Virus record (IMG/VR): IMGVR_UViG_3300037488_000489
Location: 1-53,711 of that record
DNA from: a virus
Taxonomy: Duplodnaviria > Heunggongvirae > Uroviricota > Caudoviricetes
DNA: 53,711 nt
Reading direction: 5' to 3' (one strand)
A program made the translations under genes and the position numbers. Below are positions 48,900 to 53,711 of the stretch, in pieces. Under the pieces are notes generated by a model, which did not search any database, was not told where the DNA came from, and saw only the letters and a list, made by a program, of their open reading frames with translations. How positions within the stretch are numbered: the stretch's first letter is position 1; each line of letters starts with the position of its first letter.

Positions 48900-49333
48900 T
48901 TGTTTATATTTATTTGGTTATCTAATTGCTGTGATAAGTGTTGTAATTCATATGCATACACTTCTTCTGTGGCTACATTAAATGGTACTGATGCCCAAGT
49001 CATAATTTCCACTGTAACGTGAAATAATTCATGATTAATTATTGCTACAGGAGAATGATATGGCAACCATATAATTGGAGGTTTACCATCAACTATAGGA
49101 AATGTAATTCCTCTACAATCAAACTGTTCACTTGTAACAGTACTATCTAAATTTTCTCTTACATATTTAGCAGCAAAAGCTGTATCATCTGTAATAAGAA
49201 CTTTTACATCCATATCAAATGTGTCTCCTGTAAGTGTAACTAATTCATATTTAACTGTTAAATCCTCAGCACTTTTACATGATGAATATAACATTGCTAT
49301 TGTAATAATAGATAATAAGATTTTAGATTTCAT
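48896..49333 (-). CDS. Putative lipoprotein with HExxH...E zincin-like motif, 145 aa
   Basis: Signal ending LYSSC; INHELFH...EEVYAY. Confidence 0.55.
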   Translation of the reverse strand: MKSKILLSIITIAMLYSSCKSAEDLTVKYELVTLTGDTFDMDVKVLITDDTAFAAKYVRENLDSTVTSEQFDCRGITFPIVDGKPPIIWLPYHSPVAIINHELFHVTVEIMTWASVPFNVATEEVYAYELQHLSQQLDNQININK

Positions 49334-49733
49334 ATTTCTTTTTTAATTGTTCACGTCTAATATTAACTTCTTCATACTTATACATGTCATTTTCAACATT
49401 AGAATGTTCATCTAATGTCAAAAGTATGATATTTTCTTCATCCAAAGAAGCCTCAGGATATTTTTCTTTTGGCAATATGTGGTGAAAGTATACTGAGAGA
49501 GGCTCCCCAACCAAGGGAAGCCCACTAATCTCAGATAAATGTTGTCTTTTCTTCCAGATTTGTAAAAAGAAATTTTGCATGTCTACAACACGTGCAAGTG
49601 CTTCTCCATACTTTTCTGCATTATCTTTACTAACCCAACCTTTAGTATTCTTTTTAGCTAAAGGCTTTCTAGGTTTGTGCTGAAAACAATATTCTCCATC
49701 ACATTTTTTACCACATGTCTTACAGGTAGGCAT
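49323..49733 (-). CDS. Zn-finger plus HNH-like nuclease, 136 aa
   Basis: CxxC...C....C..H N-terminus; FHHILPK......DEENIILL...EH. Confidence 0.65.
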   Translation of the reverse strand: MPTCKTCGKKCDGEYCFQHKPRKPLAKKNTKGWVSKDNAEKYGEALARVVDMQNFFLQIWKKRQHLSEISGLPLVGEPLSVYFHHILPKEKYPEASLDEENIILLTLDEHSNVENDMYKYEEVNIRREQLKKKYEI

Positions 49734-50173
49734 TATTGCACACCAGTTGAACCAAATCCACCTTCTCCTCTTTCAGACTCTTCAAGCTCATGTACTTGCG
49801 TAAGATCTGCAATCATAACTGGTTCAAAATAGATTTGAGCAACTCTCTCACCTACACCATAAGGAAATTGATTCTCTGTTATAGTTCCTTTTAATGATGT
49901 AAATACAGCTTTCCATTCACCACGGTAATCTGCATCAATTATACCAAAAGAGTTGTTTAATACCCAATCATACTTAGTTAGATTACTTCTAGGTACAATA
50001 ATTCCTTTGTATCCTACAGGAATTTCTGTTTTAAAACCTAAACCCACTATAATCTTGTTATTAGCATTAGATGTGATATCATGTGCATATACATCAAAAC
50101 ATGCTGCATACTTAGAGCCTTTGATAGGCATTTTTACGTCATCGCTGACTTTCTTAAATTTCACTTGTATCAT
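49733..50173 (-). CDS. dut: Trimeric dUTPase, 146 aa
   Basis: AACFDV, PRS, GIIDADYRGE, RVAQI and RGEGGFGSTG motifs. Confidence 0.95.
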   Translation of the reverse strand: MIQVKFKKVSDDVKMPIKGSKYAACFDVYAHDITSNANNKIIVGLGFKTEIPVGYKGIIVPRSNLTKYDWVLNNSFGIIDADYRGEWKAVFTSLKGTITENQFPYGVGERVAQIYFEPVMIADLTQVHELEESERGEGGFGSTGVQ

Positions 50174-51191
50174 CTTCTTCAGTTTTAATTTCTACTTGAT
50201 TAATTTTGTTAATAATTTCTTTTTTGATTTCATCATAAAACTCCTGGTTATCAGTAAGCATACTCTTAAATTGTTCAAGATCATATTTATGTTCACCAAT
50301 AGTCATTGTTTTACCATACTTTCTACCAATACCAAAATCATTGATAAGAGTCATGATTTCATCAAGCTTATCAATACCTGTACCATATACAATCTCAAAC
50401 TGAGATAGTTGGTACGGAGGACACATCTTATTCTTGATAGCTTTCACCTTGGTAATATTACCATAGTTTACATCACCATCTTTTGCTAAGCTCTTGCTCA
50501 CCTCAATTCTACAATCACTGTAGAACTTAAGAGCATGCCCACCTTGTGTAGTTGTTGGATTACCAAACATTACACCAATTTTTTCTCTATACTGAGAAAT
50601 GACAATAAGACATACATTATGTTCTGATAGAGCAGATTTAAGTTTTGGATAGGCATTGCTATTTAGTCTAGACTTGTAACCAATAGTACTATCACCCACC
50701 TCACCATCTAATTGTTTCTTAGGAATTAATGATGAATCTGAGTCAATGATAATAAGACCAACTTCTCCAGTGTTAATCATTTCCATAGCAATGTTAAAAC
50801 CTTCCTCACCACATGATGGTTGAGCAATCAATAACTCACTAGTGTTAACACCAATAGCTTCAAAATAATTTTTATCAACAGCATGCTCGCCATCAATATA
50901 AACCACCTTGTTACCTTTCTTCTGAGCTTCAGCTACAACGTGTCCACAAATAGTAGACTTACCTGTACCTTCCCAGCCCATTAGTTCGTACATCTTACCT
51001 TTAACAAATCCACCAACACCTAATGTAATGTAATCAAATCCAATAGAACCTGTTGAGATGACATCATACTCACCACTGTCTTTTGAATCAAGTGTAAGTA
51101 CTGTACCTACACCATATGCCTTGTTTAATTTATCAAGAGCATCTTGGAATTTAGAGACACCGCTGTCTACTGTTTTTGCTGCTTTAGCCAT
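50154..51191 (-). CDS. recA: RecA-family recombinase, 345 aa
   Basis: ISTGS, Walker A GWEGTGKST, IDGEHA, QYREKIGVMFGNP.TTQGGHALKFY. Confidence 0.95.
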   Translation of the reverse strand: MAKAAKTVDSGVSKFQDALDKLNKAYGVGTVLTLDSKDSGEYDVISTGSIGFDYITLGVGGFVKGKMYELMGWEGTGKSTICGHVVAEAQKKGNKVVYIDGEHAVDKNYFEAIGVNTSELLIAQPSCGEEGFNIAMEMINTGEVGLIIIDSDSSLIPKKQLDGEVGDSTIGYKSRLNSNAYPKLKSALSEHNVCLIVISQYREKIGVMFGNPTTTQGGHALKFYSDCRIEVSKSLAKDGDVNYGNITKVKAIKNKMCPPYQLSQFEIVYGTGIDKLDEIMTLINDFGIGRKYGKTMTIGEHKYDLEQFKSMLTDNQEFYDEIKKEIINKINQVEIKTEEDDTSEI

Positions 51192-51215
51192 TATTTAACT
51201 GTTTTTGTTTGAGAG

Positions 51216-51246
51216 CAAATTTACTGAAATTGTATGATATTTCCAT
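51216..51246 (-). promoter_or_regulatory. recA operon promoter ATGGAAAT-N15-TAAATTTG
   Basis: -7 box at 51223-51216, just downstream of a terminator. Confidence 0.7.
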
Positions 51247-51267
51247 AACTTTTTTGGATAATTGCAA

Positions 51268-51300
51268 CAAAAAACCCCCACCATAGAAATAGTAGGGGTT
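51268..51300 (-). terminator. Rho-independent terminator after nrdJ/DUF5522
   Basis: AACCCCTACTAT-TTCT-ATGGTGGGGGTT 12-bp stem (two G.U pairs) followed by TTTTG. Confidence 0.8.
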
Positions 51301-51329
51301 ATATTGTGACACACATTAAACAAAAACAG

Positions 51330-51370
51330 TTACGCAATATTACGCATATATTCGTATATATTCGCAAATA
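51330..51370. repeat. Four tandem imperfect 10-11 bp repeats (TT(A)CGYA(T/A)ATA-like)
   Basis: TTACGCAATA, TTACGCATATA, TTCGTATATA, TTCGCAAATA. Confidence 0.7.
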
Positions 51371-51373
51371 TTA

Positions 51374-51535
51374 TCATTTATTTTCTTTTTCTAATTTTTT
51401 GTTACCTTTTTTAACAGGTTTAGTGTATGGACAATGCCTACAGTTGTTGCCACAGCAAAATCCCCTTTCTTTCAAGTATTCTTCTGTAAAGACTACCTTG
51501 TCTTTGTCCAGATAATACAGATTAGGCGATTTCAC
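51374..51535 (-). CDS. DUF5522-like Cys-rich protein, ~53 aa (start uncertain; track gives 51583)
   Basis: YYLD....VFTEEYL..RGFCCGNNCRHCPY motif; GTG at 51535 overlaps the nrdJ end. Confidence 0.75.
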   Translation of the reverse strand: MKSPNLYYLDKDKVVFTEEYLKERGFCCGNNCRHCPYTKPVKKGNKKLEKENK

Positions 51536-53375
51536 AAGCACCTCCTGCACAGGCTGCAACTTGACCAAAATCAACGTTGTCATCCATCTCTACAACCTTT
51601 GTTAAATCTATTTCTTTTACAGAAGCAATACGTTTGTTGTATTCTTCTTCTGTTATGTCTTCAAATGGAGCTTGTTGATATGATCCACCAAAGAATGGTA
51701 ATACAGATAAGCCATTATATGTTTCTCTGTTATCCCACATCCAGGTACCCACTTCTTTCCACTCATCAGCAATAGAAATAGTAGCACTTACATTGTGTGT
51801 ATTAGCCCCATTAATATGACCTGGTTTAACCCATTCTGTAGAGAACTTCTTAACACGCTCTAACGTATCTAATGGAGACTCTGTACGGAATATAGAACCT
51901 TCAGGAGCTTTAACTGGAATACGTACACACACTGTATCTGTAGGACGTAATACATCATCTTCACATAACTCAGGATGATTAATCATCAAGTATAATGCAA
52001 TAGCTTCATTCTTGTTAAATCTCATTGTACGTAGATAGTATGGAGCATGCCAAGCATGAATACCACTAGCTGTACCTAACACAAGACTAGTTGTACCTGA
52101 AGGCTTTATACATGTAATACGAGCTGCTTCGTTGGTTCCAATTAATCCAGAGATATCTCTATTCACTGTCTTAGCTGTATTAGCTACTAGTTCTAGGTCA
52201 TATTTAAGGATTTCTCCACTTCCTATACCTGTCATACCAATTCCTAATAGAGCGTCTTTTTGAGTTGTTTTAGACCAAATAGGACGTAGGTAATGAAAGT
52301 CATAAAATCCTGCTTGTAATGTACCAAAGAATGCAGCCACTGCTACACGGTTATTAAGATCTTCTTGAGACTCAACATCTGACACATTCACTTCACATAG
52401 GTTACAGAACTGGAATGGACGTAATCCAATCTCACAACAAGGATTAGTTCCCCAATCTAGGTCATTAGACCAATAGATTCCTGGTTCACCACTTCCTGAT
52501 GCTTCAATTCTCTTCCATAGAGACATGAATTCTTCTTCACCTACCTCTCCTCTTTTAAGAACAGCTGAGTTATTACTTCTACCACGTTGTTCATTCAATT
52601 CCCACCAGTTACCATACTTACAGGTAATCATTTCCTCATCATCATGACTAAATAAGCTAATCATAGCTGATCTACGAATACCACCTGCTAACACTGAGTT
52701 AGCAATATGACACATAATATCATGACACTCTAGAGGAGATAGTTTACTACCATCTGCTTTACGTTCCATGATGGCATCAATGTGAGCTAGTGCAATCTTT
52801 AATGGTTCAGGGCCAGGTGCTTTACCACCAGCTGTTACTAGTCTAGCTCCTTTCTCACGGATAGCTCTAAAGTCAAACTTAGGCTTTGGACCACCTTCAA
52901 AATAGAACTTGATCAACATCTTTACTGAGTCAGCCCAGCCCATAATAGAATCTTCAATAAGATAGTTACGTTGTTTGTAAGTATCCTGCTTCTTAATAGC
53001 TGGTAACTGCTCTACATGATGCTTTTGTACTGAAAAGCCTACACCTGAACCTCCTAACAATAGAAACATAGTCTCACTGAAACTATATAAACTATCTACT
53101 GGTAAGTAAGCACAGTTATAACCTCTAGCATTATTCACTTCCATTGCTGGACCAGCAAACTGTAAAGCTCTCATAGAAGGTAACACCTTCTTATCTCTGA
53201 TGAACTTAGCACTTTCAACAATTGCTAATTCTAATTTAGGATATTTCTTGACCATCATCACTTGATATCTATCCACTATTTCATCCCAAGTCTCTCTTCT
53301 TTGTAGCTGGGGATTGTGCTTAGCGTACTTGCTAAACACTGTAATCTTTCCTAAGGCATCTAATCCTAAATCCAT
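51522..53375 (-). CDS. nrdJ: Class II (adenosylcobalamin-dependent) ribonucleotide reductase, monomeric type, ~617 aa
   Basis: PSMR, YNCAY, GTNPCCEI...FCNLCEV, TCIKPSGT and C-terminal ACAGGACEI; no Tyr pair or class I beta subunit nearby; start moved to the ATG at 53375. Confidence 0.85.
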   Translation of the reverse strand: MDLGLDALGKITVFSKYAKHNPQLQRRETWDEIVDRYQVMMVKKYPKLELAIVESAKFIRDKKVLPSMRALQFAGPAMEVNNARGYNCAYLPVDSLYSFSETMFLLLGGSGVGFSVQKHHVEQLPAIKKQDTYKQRNYLIEDSIMGWADSVKMLIKFYFEGGPKPKFDFRAIREKGARLVTAGGKAPGPEPLKIALAHIDAIMERKADGSKLSPLECHDIMCHIANSVLAGGIRRSAMISLFSHDDEEMITCKYGNWWELNEQRGRSNNSAVLKRGEVGEEEFMSLWKRIEASGSGEPGIYWSNDLDWGTNPCCEIGLRPFQFCNLCEVNVSDVESQEDLNNRVAVAAFFGTLQAGFYDFHYLRPIWSKTTQKDALLGIGMTGIGSGEILKYDLELVANTAKTVNRDISGLIGTNEAARITCIKPSGTTSLVLGTASGIHAWHAPYYLRTMRFNKNEAIALYLMINHPELCEDDVLRPTDTVCVRIPVKAPEGSIFRTESPLDTLERVKKFSTEWVKPGHINGANTHNVSATISIADEWKEVGTWMWDNRETYNGLSVLPFFGGSYQQAPFEDITEEEYNKRIASVKEIDLTKVVEMDDNVDFGQVAACAGGACEIA

Positions 53376-53401
53376 GTTTGTTTGTTTTAATATATGTAAA
53401 A

Positions 53402-53444
53402 AAATGAGGGTTGCAAATGTACAACCCCCATTTCTATAAACCAA
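53402..53444 (-). promoter_or_regulatory. nrdJ promoter TTGGTTTA-N15-TACATTTG, with the -7 box forming the loop of a 12-bp hairpin (also terminator-like)
   Basis: Arms at 53433-53422 and 53413-53402 (one G.U); loop 53421-53414 = TACATTTG; followed by a T tract on the - strand. Confidence 0.7.
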
Positions 53445-53459
53445 GAAAATTAGAAAATT

Positions 53460-53711
53460 CTATCTAATCAATTCTCTTATTTTGTGTCCTAATTCTGCGT
53501 CATTTGAATGATTTTTAACCAACTTAGTTATTTCCTTGTTTTGGTCCATCATCTTTTGCAGATACAGGGTTGCATCCATCAATTCTTCCTGGAGATGCTT
53601 AAGATAGTTATCTTTATTGTTGGTCTCTAGAGTGGTGCCATACTTGGCTATACCTATCTCGCTACGTTTAGCGTACTTCTCTATTACCTCCAATACTATT
53701 TGGTCACTCAT
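53460..53711 (-). CDS. Small all-alpha protein, possibly NTP pyrophosphohydrolase-like, 83 aa
   Basis: R...GI.KYGTTL......L.HLQEELMDA.LY motif common in phages; the ATG is at the window edge. Confidence 0.55.
   Translation of the reverse strand: MSDQIVLEVIEKYAKRSEIGIAKYGTTLETNNKDNYLKHLQEELMDATLYLQKMMDQNKEITKLVKNHSNDAELGHKIRELIR

Noticed and set aside
50154-53375. Inteins or introns in recA or nrdJ
   Set aside because: Lengths are normal and conserved motifs are contiguous; no splice or intein motifs were seen.
43831-53375. Ferritin-like, GroES, dUTPase, RecA and NrdJ genes as novel auxiliary genes
   Set aside because: All are common in large Bacteroidota and other phages.
53402-53433. NrdR box upstream of nrdJ
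   Set aside because: The palindrome does not match the acaCwAtATaTwGtgt NrdR consensus.
53376-53444. Extended nrdJ N-terminus (MVYRNGGC...) from the ORF track
   Set aside because: It overlaps the promoter/hairpin. The ATG at 53375 has the typical A-rich leader.

Overview
This is a 53.7-kb segment of a large lytic, crAss-like (Crassvirales-type) phage of a Bacteroidota host. It is AT-rich, uses genetic code 11, has A-rich leaders with no Shine-Dalgarno, and carries several TTG-N19/20-TAnnTTTG host-type promoters. From left to right: (i) a + strand block of giant virion cargo/ejection proteins, including a 3834-aa virion RNA polymerase (DFDID motif) with an HExxH zincin domain and a 1416-aa protein with a PD-(D/E)xK nuclease domain; (ii) two tail fibres with ~690 and ~740 residues of virtually proline-free (Gly-Thr/Ser-Ser/Thr)n collagen-like repeat, the second ending in Cys-rich GGxxN beta-helix heads and an S74 chaperone; (iii) a convergent - strand operon: a four-domain MTase/GT-A/GT4/autotransporter O-heptosyltransferase-like fusion, a CysC-like kinase, an HxGH nucleotidyltransferase, a GT9-like protein and a sulfotransferase, with DUF6165 and DUF2061 on the divergent side; (iv) a lysis cassette with a GH19 endolysin; (v) a protein O-glycosyltransferase-like gene flanked by tiny poly-Thr-tailed genes, a ferritin-like gene and a run of Lys-rich MAT(V/I/A)KK proteins; (vi) a - strand arm with a GT31-like gene, GroES, HNH, dUTPase, RecA and class II RNR. 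The most notable inference is a phage-encoded virion O-glycosylation/sulfation system acting on Ser/Thr-rich fibres and poly-Thr tails. Second is a shared phi-[KQER]-x-G-G motif across putative internal virion proteins. All family assignments are by motif recognition only; no database searches were run.
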